DNA of 64,000 nt from Vicugna vicugna (taxonomy: Eukaryota), in assembly GCA_013265495.1 (NCBI GenBank), contig MU057801.1, positions 558,001 to 622,000 on the forward strand, read 5' to 3'. The notes under the pieces are model-generated. The model searched no databases, had not been told where the DNA came from, and saw only the letters and a list, made by a program, of their open reading frames with translations. Both the position numbers and the translations under genes were made by a program. This document shows, in pieces, positions 39,723 through 52,200 of the stretch (its first letter is position 1; every line of letters begins with the position of its first letter).

Positions 39723-42574
39723 GTTCGTCTGCTTCAGTGCTCTGGGTTTTAATTCAGAGACTAAAACACTTTCCTGCCTCCTTCCAGATGGAGAAGCTGG
39801 AGGACCCGTGGGATCCTGCGTAATGGTGGGGACCCTCCATCAGCACCGTGGAGAGCGCCCGCCTCGCGGACCCTGGCCGCTCAGCAGCCCCCACGCTGAG
39901 CCATGGCCCTGGCTGCTCTTCCCTGCCTCCCCTTCTCCGTTCTCAGAGAAGTAGTTCTAATTCTCTAGCAAAACAGATCTCATTTCTTATTCCCGTTCAC
40001 GGCCTCGAACCACCCAGGGGAACACTCCATTTCCCCTCTGAAGTCTACATTTCGGAATGTGCTTCCAAAGTGTTTGGGTGCAGGTCCACCGGCTGCGCTT
40101 CTGCCCCGTCTTGCACCAACTCCAGCACAAGACCACTTCTCTCCGCCACATGCAGAGCCGGTCTCTCACGTTGCTGACGAACGAACACGAGACAGCAGCT
40201 CCCCTCATCTCCTTCCTCTGTCTTCTGAGAGCGTGTTTGCAAGCCAAGCACTTATCAAACGCTTGCTGCCCTTGGTGGAACGTACCTGCACAACACGGAG
40301 CAGCCCACGCCCGAGGACAGCTCGTCTGCCCTCGGGCCGCTGAGAAACCCGAGCCCGGCGGGGGTGTGACTCGCGGCTGGGATGCTGCCCTTTGATCCCA
40401 CCCAGGAGACTCCCTGTCCGTGCTGTGCTGCTGTTATCGGGTACGTTTGTGCCTCTCTCCTGCAGTAACTCAGCTCTAGGTCCTGCGGTACCCAGCTCCC
40501 CAGGTGGGGACGGAGACGGCGAACCCAGACACGGTGAGCCCCTCGGGGAGATGCGTCTTGCTGACCACCCTGCCCGGTGACACTTCACGTCCCCACTCCT
40601 TGACTTCTGTGACGCGATCCTCTCCTTTTCCTCCACGATCTCTCAGGCTTGCTCTTCAAATGCGACGCTTTGGGGGTCTGGCCTTGACCGTCTTCCCTTC
40701 ACCCTCCACGCCCAGCAAATCTAGTAGGTCCTACACTGAGTCAGCCTACCTGTCTGACACAGGAGCGCCCTCCTTCACCCAATGATGCCTCACACCAGGC
40801 CCTCGCTTCCTCTCCGAACCCTCTCCACTGCCCCTTTCACGCCGATACAGCTGGTTCTGCACAACGAAACGCACCACATGGTGCCGTCTGACTCCTTTTC
40901 CTACACTTCTCTTAAATATATGGAGACACACGGAGGAAATTAAAGGTCTTCCCAGGAAAAAAAACCGAAGATCCCATGGGAGAGGAAAGAAACAGGATTG
41001 TTACAACTTTAGGAGGAGGGACCATTTTGAAAGTGTATGAACTGAGAACACAGCTTAGCAGCGATGTGAAGACGTCTGAGTCCAGGAGAGACGCTCTGGA
41101 GCCACCGAGCACATCTGCTAAGTGAAAATGAAACTACATCCACTTTGGGGAGGATGGCGGGCAGCGCGGCGCCTTCATGGGCAGCGCAGGCCTTCCCATC
41201 ACACGCTGAGACTCCAGGGAGGAGGGGTGGGGAATGCCGCGGGGGCCAGCGTGCTATGGAGGTGGGCGCCAGGTTTAAAGAGCCACCATCTGTGCGATTC
41301 AGAGGCCGCCTCCTGACGGGCACCGCATGCTGTGAATCCACCTCCTCCTGAATCGAGCTGTCGGGGCAGGAGCGCGGAAGCCCGGCCTGACGGCTCTGGA
41401 CACTTCTCTCAGCTGACCGCGGTCTCACGCAGAAGCTCTGGTCGGCTCGGGAACTGCAAAGATAACATGTGGCAGGCTTCCCACTTACAGCCTCGAGGCA
41501 CGGGAATGGACCCTCGACTGCCCACAAGGGACAGGAGAAGCAGATGGCAGGTGAGGTGGCCCTCAGCGCTCAGGAGGGCAGGGGCGAAGGGGGCGAAGGC
41601 CCCACTTTACTGACTGGCTTAGCCCAGGGAGGACGTCACCAGGAGGCACGGGGGGGCCAGGCCGACGTGTCACCGAGGGGCTTTCTAAACACACCCCTGC
41701 TCCGGTTACATTTTTTCTGATCAGGTTAGGCAGTGGTATTTCTCAGGCCTCCGTGAGCCTTCAGCACACAGTTCTAACTGATCATTTAGCCAAGGGCACC
41801 CCGAACAAGCACTCCTCTGATACTGATTCTAAGCTGGGTTTACTGCTCAAAAAGACCCCCCAAAGGCGAATTCATTCCAACAACGCTCCCTGTCCTCAGC
41901 TTAATAACAAAGTGTTGTATTTTCTTGAACATTACTCAAAATTGATACGGAACTGCCCCCATTTCCACTTTCAGTTAAATATTCTATAAAACTGAATCCC
42001 AGCTGACAGTATCTTCAGGCCGCTGAGTATCAGACATTAGCTGGCGTGGGGACAGGAGACAAAAATCACTACTGCACACTGATCCCACGGGCTCTTTTCT
42101 TTGTCATCAGGTCCAGTGTCTGGTTATCTAGGGCCAGTACCAAAAAGGGAAGGCTCCCTTTCTAAGGGGTTTACAGAAGGTCTGAACTGAACAACCTGTT
42201 CTTTGTTCATAAAATAGTCACTCTAATACCCAGAGAGTGAGGGACACTGGATGAGGTGAACAGTTTGCTAATGTTCTGTTAACTGTAATACAAAATTAGG
42301 GACAAAATGGAGGCACCGACTGCCCATGTCAAGACGGCCTGTGTTGACAGACAACTTTCCCTCTCGGTCCACACCCACTGCTGCGCCAAGCATCTCAAGG
42401 AAACAGGTAATAGGACTTCTCGGATTCCGATCTTTCAAACGAACTGACTCCTAGGGCCCTGCATGCAAGCCGCTTCATTCTTGTTGGGTCTTGGTTTGTA
42501 AGCCAGTAAGTTTTGCAGAAGGATTTCCTGTTAGGCTTCAGGAAGGGAATCAAATAGAATGAACCCCCAGGAAC

Positions 42575-43453
42575 AGAGTCCCCCAGCTCATTGGGGTGGG
42601 AGGGGTTTGCAAGGGGCTCCAGGCCATGACCTGAGAGCTCAAGGGCCTTGTGCTTGCAAAGGTGCTCTGCTGCTGCCGCCCTGAAGTTCTTGGTGATTTT
42701 GTCCTTGACCTTGCATTTTGTGCTTCAAGTTTGCTAGGACCAAGGGGCATGCACATGGGAGGCGAGGGCAACTCCGAGGGCGCACAGGGCGTGTGGGACC
42801 CCCACGGCGAGTGGGCGGGGAGCTGGCTGCCCAATCTGAACCAGAACGTGCTGTGAACGCACAGAGAAGGCGCTGGTGTCCTAAGACACGTGAGCAACCA
42901 AGAGCCCTACATATCCTCAGCTGGGTCACTTCCCTGCACTAGCCAACAATGTCCTCTAAAAAGGATGACACAGAAGGAAAGAGAGAAACAGGACGACCCC
43001 CAGCTCCTTTTCTGGTCGTCCTCCTGACTCGTCTGCGCACTGAGGGTAGTGTTGGTGCAGTGCGCTCGTAAGAGGGGAAGAAAAATAGGCAGGTTAGCGG
43101 TCTTTCCGCTGTTTCAGTGAGAACAAAATACATCTACGTGCAAGCTGTGAAATGTGAACTGTGTAATTTTGGTGATTCCATTCATGAGTTAAATGCTTTT
43201 ATATTTTCACATAAAACTGGCATTGCACAATATAAAAATGATCAATTAATGCTAATCATTTAAACTTTTAACATTTCTTTACTTAAAATGACATTACATA
43301 GCAAATAAAAACCACCATGGCAAGTCAGAAAGACTGCAGGAGGATGGAAAAAGCATATTTTAGCATCTTTAAAGGCACTTTTCCTGCTTTTTGAATGGGG
43401 GGCCCCACATTTTCATTCTGTACGGGGACCCACAGGTTACACGGCCAGCCCTG
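42575..43453 (+). mobile_element. MER45B/C-like hAT-Tip100 DNA transposon remnant
   Basis: Internal gaaccagaacgtgctgtgaacgca, aaaactggcattgcacaatataaa and the terminus ggggccccacattttcattctgtacggggacccaca...gccagccctg match my recall of the MER45 consensus. Confidence 0.8.
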
Positions 43454-43739
43454 GTTTCGTGGTGTCCAAGGTCTAACTGATCTCAGTGCTTACAGGGACT
43501 CACGGGGCTAAGGGTGGAGGAACCTACACTCCTCTGCGCCTGTTGCCCTGGCGTCAGGCAGCCTCGATGCTGTACCAGAATTAGAATGTTCGGGGGGGGG
43601 GGCCACGAGGTGAGAGAGTTAGGGCTCGCTTGGCTTCCTCTGGTCCAGCTCAGAAGACCATCTGGGCTGAAAGCTCACTCCTGTATCTGTCACCAACACC
43701 CTGACGGACGTGGCCATGCATACAGTTCTCAGGAACCTA

Positions 43740-43985
43740 CGTTTACCACTGAGATCACTCTGAGTCCCTCTATTTGCTCTGGTGCCCTCTGCCTGGAAAG
43801 GGCCCCTGCTCCCTGGGGACAGTGCCTGGCCCGTCCCTCCAACCTCAGCCCCCTCTCGAGCTGTCCTGGGGAGCTGCCATGGTCTGTCTTCTCCTCACCT
43901 GCCTGCTTCCCACGTTCCCCAAGCCCCCGGTGCTGGGCTCGGCGGACCCTGCGTCCGCACTGACTGTTTGGTAAATGAATAATGT
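43740..43985 (+). mobile_element. L2 3' fragment
   Basis: tttgctctggtgccctctgcctggaa... ending in tgtttggtaaatgaataa. Confidence 0.5.
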
Positions 43986-46219
43986 AAGGAGATACCCGCG
44001 ATTGGGCTGTGTTGGGTTATGCAGTGTTGTTCAAAATTCAAACTGAAAACTTATCTCAGTGAAGTAGCGAATTCCAGACATTAGCTGCAACACAAACTAG
44101 TTTAGACTTTGGCCAAAGCGTTTTAACAAAATGCTAAAGGAGAAACTAATTATTAACAGTCTAGGCAGATATCTATAAATATTTAAAGTATTTAAAAGTT
44201 AGCAATTAGGAACAAAAATAAAAACACCCCCACCTCCCTTTTCTCTTATTTTTTTCCATTTTCCCTGACTTTTTTTCTTATTATACCTTTCGGTTCTGGT
44301 CTGAATATTAACCCTTTTGCAGGCAGAAATTAAAGAACAGAGCAGTTAAGTGACTGTAACACTTTCCCCATTGATTACATCCCTATAAAAACTACAAATA
44401 GTATTTTTTCTTGTTTGAAATAATTAACTTGAATAGCACCAGTTAAATCTTCTCAAGGTATAAGACAAAAGAAAGTGTTTAACATTTTATAATGATCAAA
44501 ATAGTAAGATTTGTTACTTTCTCTTTCTCAGTTTCTGCACTGTTCTCCTCCAAGAAGTCGACCTGGCTATCCAATGTGAACACAGCGTTTACTAACTCAC
44601 TTTGGCATCAGGAGCCCTAAGCTGGCATCCGCCTTAGTCCAGTGTGCCTGCTTGAAAGGTTTAAAGTGATGCTGAATCCTGTCCTTTGAACTTTCACAAA
44701 TACTGTTTCCCCCTAAACCTGATTATTCTGACGCCACATGAATTCTGATTTGAGAAGCAGCGTTCAACAACACGACAAAGCATGGTTTCGTAATGAGGAG
44801 CCCCGTGAGTGGAGACAGTGACGTGACAAAAATCACAATGGTTGTATATAAAGCAGAATTTTCTTGTTTGCAAGTGGTTTTGCCTTGCCTTGGTCCAACG
44901 TGCTTGACGGATGTGCCCAGGCTCCTCCTAGTTGACACGCACGCTGACAAGCTGATGGCTAGAAAGCTCTTTCTCATTTCTGCCCAGAGCCTTTCTAACA
45001 GCACGTGAAATAAAAACTCCATGCTGAAGGCTGAACCGACACCAGCCGTAAGATTAAGTCTAAACTGCTGTGGCGATCACTGCAAAGGATGCCATCTCCC
45101 AAACACGGAAGCTGGAGGGGGCAGGCTGGAAGAAGGATGCTGCCCAGGCCCCCAGGGAGGGACCAGATGGGACCTAATAGCTCTTTTCTACTACTAATTT
45201 CTATGATAATTCCAAGTTGCCACATGGCATATGTATTTTTTTTTCAAGTCGAAAGACAGAATATCAGTCAATGAAGTGGCCAGGATTTTAATGAAAGGTA
45301 TTTTTCATGAACTGTATCTATTCCCACATGATACTTCTCACTCACCCCCGCTCCCACCCGCCAGCAACACATCACTCACGGCGAGGCTGGGACAAGCACA
45401 GAGAGGGAGGTCAGAGGCAATGGGCTTACAGTCATCATCAATGCTAATTAGAAACACAGAGCTTCTGAGTTTTACTAGGAGGTCAGATGCCTTTCGCAGC
45501 AATTTTATGAAGTCACCTTAATTCCTTTTCCTCATAGTCAGAGGTCATGCCTGAATTTAAAGATCACAGCCTGCCAACTAATGTTTGAGAGAAAAATAAA
45601 TCACAGAAGGGAAACTTACTGTTTTTAGGGAGAAAATCAGGAATCAGAGAAGGAGACACTAATGATTTGGGAAAACAACGACAGAATTTCTAGCCATTCT
45701 CACTGGTGAGCGGGTTCAAATTCAACTTTGTTGAGGACGCCTTCCCCCGTCCCCCCGACCAGATGCAACGTCTGCCTCCTCGGGCCTCCCAGGACACTGC
45801 CTGTGCTTCTCTGGGGCACCTGTCCCGGTCTGATTTATCAGTGTCCTTTCACTGGAGGCGGGGTTCTGGTAGGCACTCTCAGTGACCCCATTACATTTGC
45901 TCAGCCTCCCACCTTATCCATACAACAGACGGCAACAGACAGGGATGGAGGAGGGGGAGCGACACCCGAGGAAGTGTGACCCTCACGGCTTCTCAGCACA
46001 AACCTGTGTGACTTAATTATGAAAATAAACACTTCCTAAGTTTGACACCACACGATACGATTAACATAAACTAAGAAGTGGTCTGAAAATCACACTATTT
46101 TTTTCTTCAATGCAGACTGGAAAATAATTCTTCCTTCCCTCTTCAACCCAGTTGTTACGGCTCACCTCTCTGGAGGAAGTGCCAGGGATCCAGGTTCCAG
46201 GACGGCTGACACGTCACAC

Positions 46220-46225
46220 ACTTAC
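46220..46225 (-). promoter_or_regulatory. Potential alternative U2-type 5' splice site GTAAGT
   Basis: Perfect intronic U1 match (GAC|GTAAGT) 12 nt downstream of the U12 donor, in the same phase. Use in vivo is not shown by the sequence. Confidence 0.5.
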
Positions 46226-46228
46226 GTC

Positions 46229-46237
46229 AAAGGATAC
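46229..46237 (-). promoter_or_regulatory. U12-type (minor spliceosome) 5' splice site GTATCCTTT
   Basis: The minus strand reads AGCTT|GTATCCTTT, an exact match to the U12 donor consensus RTATCCTTT. It sits exactly where protein homology requires the split Phe codon. Confidence 0.9.
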
Positions 46238-46365
46238 AAGCTCTGGTACAGGGGGATGAGGCACTTCACGGCCCTGCTGGCGTTGATGCACGTGGCACAG
46301 ATAAGGCTTGGCAGTAGCTTCCCGCTCACGATGGCACCATCAAACAGGGGCCCAAAAAACGGAAC
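46238..46365 (-). CDS. RALGAPA2: RALGAPA2 coding exon: [42 protein letters not shown] + split codon TT
   Basis: Not in the ORF track; read by hand. 128 nt, phase 0/2. Acceptor ttttgaatcaacag. Continues KKPE in frame and carries the RapGAP C-terminal motifs FGPL and INAS. Ends at gtatccttt. Confidence 0.95.
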
Positions 46366-46624
46366 CTGTTGATTCAAAACAAAACAACCAACTTAATTTT
46401 CAGAAACCAGGAAAAGTCAAACCAAGGGCAGACAGGAGGACAGCTGCTTGATGTCTCTGATCTGTCACGACCCTGCAGGCTGCCACCCACAGATGGATGC
46501 CGGACGTAACAGGACACAGGTCGAGGGCTTTCAGATCCAGCAAAACAGGATTTTGCTCCACAAAGTTCCTCTGCTGTGAATCCTCTGCCAAACTTCTTCT
46601 TTTTTTAAATGAGGATGCCTATTA

Positions 46625-46880
46625 CGTACGTATGTATGTATGTATGTGCTTATTTATTTATTTAAATTGAAGCACAGTCAGTTACAACGTGTCAATTTCT
46701 GGTGTACAGCATAATGCCCCAGTCATGCATATATATACATATATTCGTTTTCATACTCTTTGTCATTAAAGGTTATTATAAAATACTGAATATAGTTCCC
46801 TGTGCTATACAGAAGAAATTTGTTTTTTAATCTATTTTTATATATAGTAGTTAATATTTGCAAGTCTTGAATTCCCAAAT
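46625..46880 (-). mobile_element. Young 5'-truncated L1 3' UTR with (TTTA)n/(TATG)n tail
   Basis: aattgaagcacagtcagttacaa...tttctggtgtacagcat...tgaatatagttccctgtgctatacag, the reverse of a camelid-type L1 3' end. Confidence 0.88.
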
Positions 46881-46894
46881 TCGAGGATATACTG

Positions 46895-48190
46895 CATCAC
46901 CAGATACAATATACCCTCCAAATCAATTATATTTTTGAATGTTAGCAACCAAGAATTGGAAAATGATGTCTAAAAATACTATTTCATAATAGCATCAAAA
47001 CCATCAAATACCTAAAAATAAATCTGACAAAAGAAATGTAAGACATCTATACTTGACATTACCAAACATCACTGAGAAACGTTTAAGACAACCCAAATAA
47101 ATGGAAAGATGTACTATGTTCATGGATTGGAAGTTTCCATATTGTTAAAATGGCAGTTCTTCTGAAATTGAATTATAGATTCAGTACAAACCAAATAACA
47201 GTTTTAATGAGCTGCTTTTATAGATTTCGACATGCTGATTCTAAACTTACATGGAAACGAAAAATAACATAAATTGGCCAAGACAATATGAACAAGACAT
47301 ATTACCTGGTTTCAAGGAACACTATAAAACTATAATAATTAACATAATATAATACTGCAACCAGGATAGACAAATATATCAGTAGAACAGAATACACAGC
47401 CCAAGAATAGAGCCACACATCAACGTAACTGATTTACAGTAAAGGCAGCACATCAGTTGTTTGGGGAAAGGAAAGTCTGACACTGAAACAACTGGAGAGT
47501 CACAATGAAAAGTGAGCTTTGGTCTCTACCTCATACCACACACAGAACTGAGATGGCTTATAGATCAAAATATTAAAGCTAAAACCACAAAGCTTCTAGA
47601 AGGAAACATACAAAAAAAAAATTGCAACCTTGGGTGAGGCAAGGAATTTTTAGGGTACAAAGGGCACCAATCATAAAAAGAAAACAAAAATTGGACAATA
47701 AAATTTTTCAAAATTCTGCTTCTCATTGAAGTTAAAAAGGCAAGTCACATACGATCCACCAAACTGGACTGTTCCTAAATGTCCATCAATAGGAGAATGA
47801 ATCACAATTTGCAGCACATTCATCCAATAGAATATCCCACAGGAATGAAATGAGCAAATCACAGCTACATGTAATACCATGGGGATGACTCCAATATAAT
47901 GCTGAGTGAAAGAAAGAGACAGGAAAAGTCCAAACTATATAATTGCATTAATAGAAAACTCAAAAGCAGGCAGAACTAATCCATGACGACAGAAGTCAGA
48001 CTAGTGACCATTTTTTCGAGGGATTAGTGACTGGGCAGAGGCATAAGGGGGATTTCTGGGAGCTGCTAATATCCTATGTTTAGATCCGGGTGCTATTAAA
48101 TTGTCTGCTTTGAAAACATTCATCAAGCTGTACATTTACAATTTGTGCCTTTTTCTTTATTAATGTTATGTTTCAAAGAAAAACATTTTA
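46895..48190 (+). mobile_element. Old L1 (L1M/L1ME-like) ORF2 3' region and 3' UTR, degenerate
   Basis: aaatacctaaaaataaatctgacaaaagaaatgtaagac, aaataaatggaaagatgtactatgttcatggattggaag, ctacctcataccacac and 3' UTR gaagtcagactagtg. Confidence 0.85.
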
Positions 48191-48199
48191 AAAAAAAAT

Positions 48200-49200
48200 T
48201 AGCAAGAATATAGAAGATTTGAACACCACAGCTGACAAACTCACCCTAATGGATACACACACAATACAGCTGCAGAAGGCATTCTTTTCAAGCATGCACA
48301 GAATTTTTTTTTTAATTGACCGTATTCCAGGCCAAGGATATAGCCTGTGGGGCCCAATTCCAGCTTGGCGCCTTTTCTGTATGGCCTGCAAACTAGGAAC
48401 AATTTTTAAATTTTCAAAAAGTGTTGAGAAAAAAAAATTCTGTGACATGATAATTTTATGAAACTCAAGATCAGTCCAGAAATAAAATTTTACTGGAATA
48501 CAGCCACACTCCTTCTGGATCGCCCGTACCTGCTCTCACACAGCAACGACAGAGCTGAGCAGCTGTGACAGACACCACGTGGGCCACGAAGCCCAAAATG
48601 TTTACAACCTGATCCTTCAAAGGAAAAGTTTGCTGAGCCCTGTTCTAGGCCACAGAGCAGGTCTGCAAAAATTTCAAGGGGTTGAAATCATACAATCCCT
48701 ATTCTGTCCCCAAAGAGCTACTACGTTAAAATCGAAAACAAAAGGGTAACTGACACAAATCTCTACATTTAGAAATTTTAGAACACTTCTAAATTGCTTA
48801 GGGGTCAACAACCACCAAGAAACTCTCAGGGGGTCAATAAAAGCATTGAAGTAGAAATTTTAAAAGGCATCCATCTCAAGTAGTATTGAAAAGCCAAAAG
48901 AATAAAATAAACTCACAGAAAGTGAAGAGAAGGGGAAGAACAACAAAGACAAAAGCAGGCACAAGTGAGACGGAACGAGCACACAGGGAGAGGACAACCG
49001 ACATCAAAAGCCAGTTCTTTGACAAAAGTCTAACACAATTAACTGACAGATCTTTGGCAAGATGAGCAAAGAGCAGAAGAAGGTACAAATAAACAATATT
49101 AAGAACAAAAGCGGGGCACAGCTGCAGGTGCTCAGGACATGCACACAGCCTCACGCGCGTCTGCTTGGGAACTTACATGAAACTGCTGGATTCCCAGGAA
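48200..49200 (+). mobile_element. Old L1 ORF2 endonuclease-region fragment interrupted by MER58B
   Basis: agaatatagaagatttgaacacca...ttcttttcaagcatgcacagaa...aattgaccgtattccaggc, resuming after the insert with cacagagcaggtctgcaaaaatttcaaggggttgaaatcataca (IDHILGH...KF..IEII-like). Confidence 0.75.
48333..48642 (+). mobile_element. MER58B-like hAT-Charlie MITE with 8-bp TSD
   Basis: Contains aataaaattttactggaatacagccacac and ends gaaaagtttgctgagccctg. TSD ttccaggc (48325-48332) / ttctaggc (48643-48650), typical of hAT elements. Confidence 0.88.
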
Positions 49201-52200
49201 CTGCCCCTTCCTCCTGCTGACCCACGTGTAATTTTTTTCTTCTTTCCTACTATGCTGGTCTCTGATTTTAGTTTTTAGTACTTAACGGAGCGGCAGCCGT
49301 CCCAGAAGAAGGCACTATGACTCCCCTCGGTTAGAACTGGGAACGGCCACTGGTTAAAGGCTCCGGAATCACTGGGCACCAAGGCAGAGAAGCAGCTGCA
49401 GGGCGGCCCAGGTAGGCGGCCCTGCTGTGCGGTGGCAGAAGGGGCAGGGGTGCTGCTGGGTGCCCCCCACCCCCGCTCCCACGCTCCAGGCAGATTCATG
49501 GAAGACGACATCAAGTATTCGGCCTAGTCACAACCTCAGCTCATCACTCGGCCCCTGTTGGCCCTGGATATTCACAACTAACTCAAGCTCTGAGTGACTC
49601 AGAACGTCCCTCCCCAAGCACGATGACCACAGCCCAGAGATGAACAAGATTCTCCGAAGCTGGTGACAAAACTAGATTTCCTTACCAGCTCCAAGTTGAG
49701 GGATGCATGTGGAGTCCCCACCATGTGCTCCGTGACTAAAGGAAGTGCAGCTGGGAGAGGAGACACAAAGCTAGAGAGCACAGCCCTGAAGATTTTCTCC
49801 TCAGGCCTGGGCCCGGCAAGGCACTGCCACACCCAGGTCCTCCTGGCCGGCTGCCGGGAGGGCAGAGAGCCTGCATCTGCAGAGACGTTCAGGTTGCACC
49901 ATCGCTCGGCACAAGGATGCATCTGGTTGTTGGAGCAACAGGGGAGAATTCTTGGGACGCAGAAGGTGAATTGTGGGAATTAATTAATCTTTCAAGGACT
50001 CAGTGCAGACATCCTGACCTCCCAAAGCAGGATAATGAACAACTGAGCTCTGTTCTGGTTCCTCATGGATAACCTGCAGCTTCCGGAACTGGGACACCAC
50101 CATGAGACCCGGCCACACTGAAAGCTATGAATGCAGTGTATGAGGGCGGTCAGTCACACATCCCCTGTTTAAAAACTGAGGGCACCTGGTCATCACAAAG
50201 ATGTGGCCATGATTTTCGTGTCCAGCTTTTTGGCACTGCCTGTATCGTGTGACAGGTGGGGGACTTAACCAAAGGCCTAGGATTCCAGTATCTGTTGGAC
50301 TCCACACGTACGCCCATAAAGTGTACACAGGATGCGTGCACAGAACCACAAAATATAAACAGCCCTTTGTTTACGAGCCTCTGCACACAGTTATGAAAAC
50401 TAACACCTTTCTACGCTTAAAGAGACTGAGACTACAAAGATTCAAAGTGTGGACTTGGCTTGGCTGCCCGGAAACCAGGTCTCCTTGGATAAATTACTGT
50501 ACTTGCTCCAAGAGCGGACGCTGAGCCCAGGAGCAGTGCAGTCGGCCCTACTGTCCTCACAGAGCGGCTGAAATTCAAACGCTGTAGTAATCCCTACAGT
50601 GTGTTACAAACAGCACTGCCCGAACGAGGGGCCAAGTAACAAAATCGTATGATTTGAGATAAGGGTGAAAAGTTTAAGAGAAATATAAGGTATGTTCTGA
50701 GAAAGAACGTCTATTTCTCTATATTTCAATCTCTGTGTTGTATAAATACATCTCTATCAGAAGATAATTTTTGGAAAAAATGGATAATCAGAGGACTATC
50801 AAATTTTGCCTGAAAACTCCCCTTCCCTGAATTAGCTTCCTTTCTAGCCATACTATCAGTAACTTTTTATTATTGTTTTTGTCCTTGTTTTTCTAAGAAC
50901 ACCCACTGCTATCTCAAAGTCTCTAATTCAGCCGTTCCTTACTTATTTGTCGGCTGTCTGGCTCACTAAGGCTTAGACTCCAGGAGCACGCGGCCCCCAG
51001 GCCCGACCCAGCGCTGGCACGAGGCGGCTCCAGCAGGTGTGCTAGATCCACGCGGCCCGCAGGACGGAGTGAAGGCCTCCAGCTCCTGGGGCTCCGACCG
51101 CTGGGTGGTCACCAAGTCTGCGGCCCCTCCCCACGTTCCTGGAGCAAGCTCTGTCCCGACCGTCTGCCTGCTGCTTCACGGACGTGCCCAGGAGGGAAGA
51201 GTGAGAGGGTGGCAGGGCTGTCCTGGGGTCCGGAGCAGGCTTCTGCTGCCTGAGCTCTTCTTCTGCTTGGTGGGTTTGAGAACCGGGCTCCGCAGTTAAA
51301 ACAGAGATGTAAGAGCTGCAAAGACTGGCTAAAGTGGTTCTGAGACCGGTGCCTCCGGCGCAGAGGAGGCAGTCAGCCCTGAGGAAACTCAGATGGGACC
51401 TGAGAAGAATGGGGCTGTGAGTCCTACTGGTGCTGACAAATAGGAGTTCTTCCCTTTAGGGCCGGGGAGGGGGGCATCTTAACTCCACAGGGGGAAGCAG
51501 GAGCTGCTCACAGTCCAACATCATTAAAACCAGGCAACACTGACAACAAGCAAACAAGGAAATAAGAAAGAACAGCCCCTTCCTCCTACCTCTAGCAAGG
51601 TCACACTTCAGAAAGTTTATTTAAAATACATTCCTTAGAAAAGTAAGTGCACCTCCTGCCATGACTTACACTGAAAGCAGCCGGGAACCAGGGAGATGCG
51701 GAGACGAAGCCGGCGAAGCAACAAGACCCAACGAATGAACCCCGAGCACAGCACAGAAAGTGCGCCTCTAGTGCTGGGGGCGGTGGGCGGTGGGCCTGGG
51801 GACCCGCTCTCAGGGGAGTTCTCTGTGAACCTGACGCCCCATCCTGTTCCGCCCAGCTTTGGCCAAGGGTGGGCGGCACCGCATGCAGGAGCTTGGGGAG
51901 GTGCGGGGCAGCACGCCCAGGGGTCAGAGAGGGGCCTCTGTGGGCCCGGAGGCCTTTCCTGCTGAGGTCACTGCGGGCGGAGGATGGGGACTGTGCCACT
52001 TTCTGACAGCAAGTGGGCTCTCCTGTCGGTCACTCTGGCTGGCTCTGGCCAAAAGAGGAGAACAGCTCGCAGGCAGGAAGATATAAAAATCAAAGACCGA
52101 CTCAAAAGGGGAAACCAGCAGCAACTTTTGAGAAAAACCAATTGAGAAGGAATTCTTAACAGCCAACTTGTTGTGAAAGATAAAACAAGAACCAGGAGTT

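Larger units (their letters stand above)
1..46237 (-). other. RALGAPA2: RALGAPA2 long intron (U12-type donor), 3' end probably beyond the window
   Basis: A manual scan found no exon encoding the expected continuation (recalled as [30 protein letters not shown]) between 1 and 46237. Confidence 0.75.

Noticed and set aside
43040..43110. Minus-strand FFFPSYER with branch-like ctaac and a pyrimidine tract, resembling FYEER
   Set aside because: Lies inside the MER45-like transposon, has no AG at the required position and no further homology.
48334..48341. ATATCCTT (AT-AC U12 donor-like) on the minus strand; GTATCCTT on the plus strand near 58255
   Set aside because: Both sit inside old repeats with no upstream exon, and the second is antisense to the gene.
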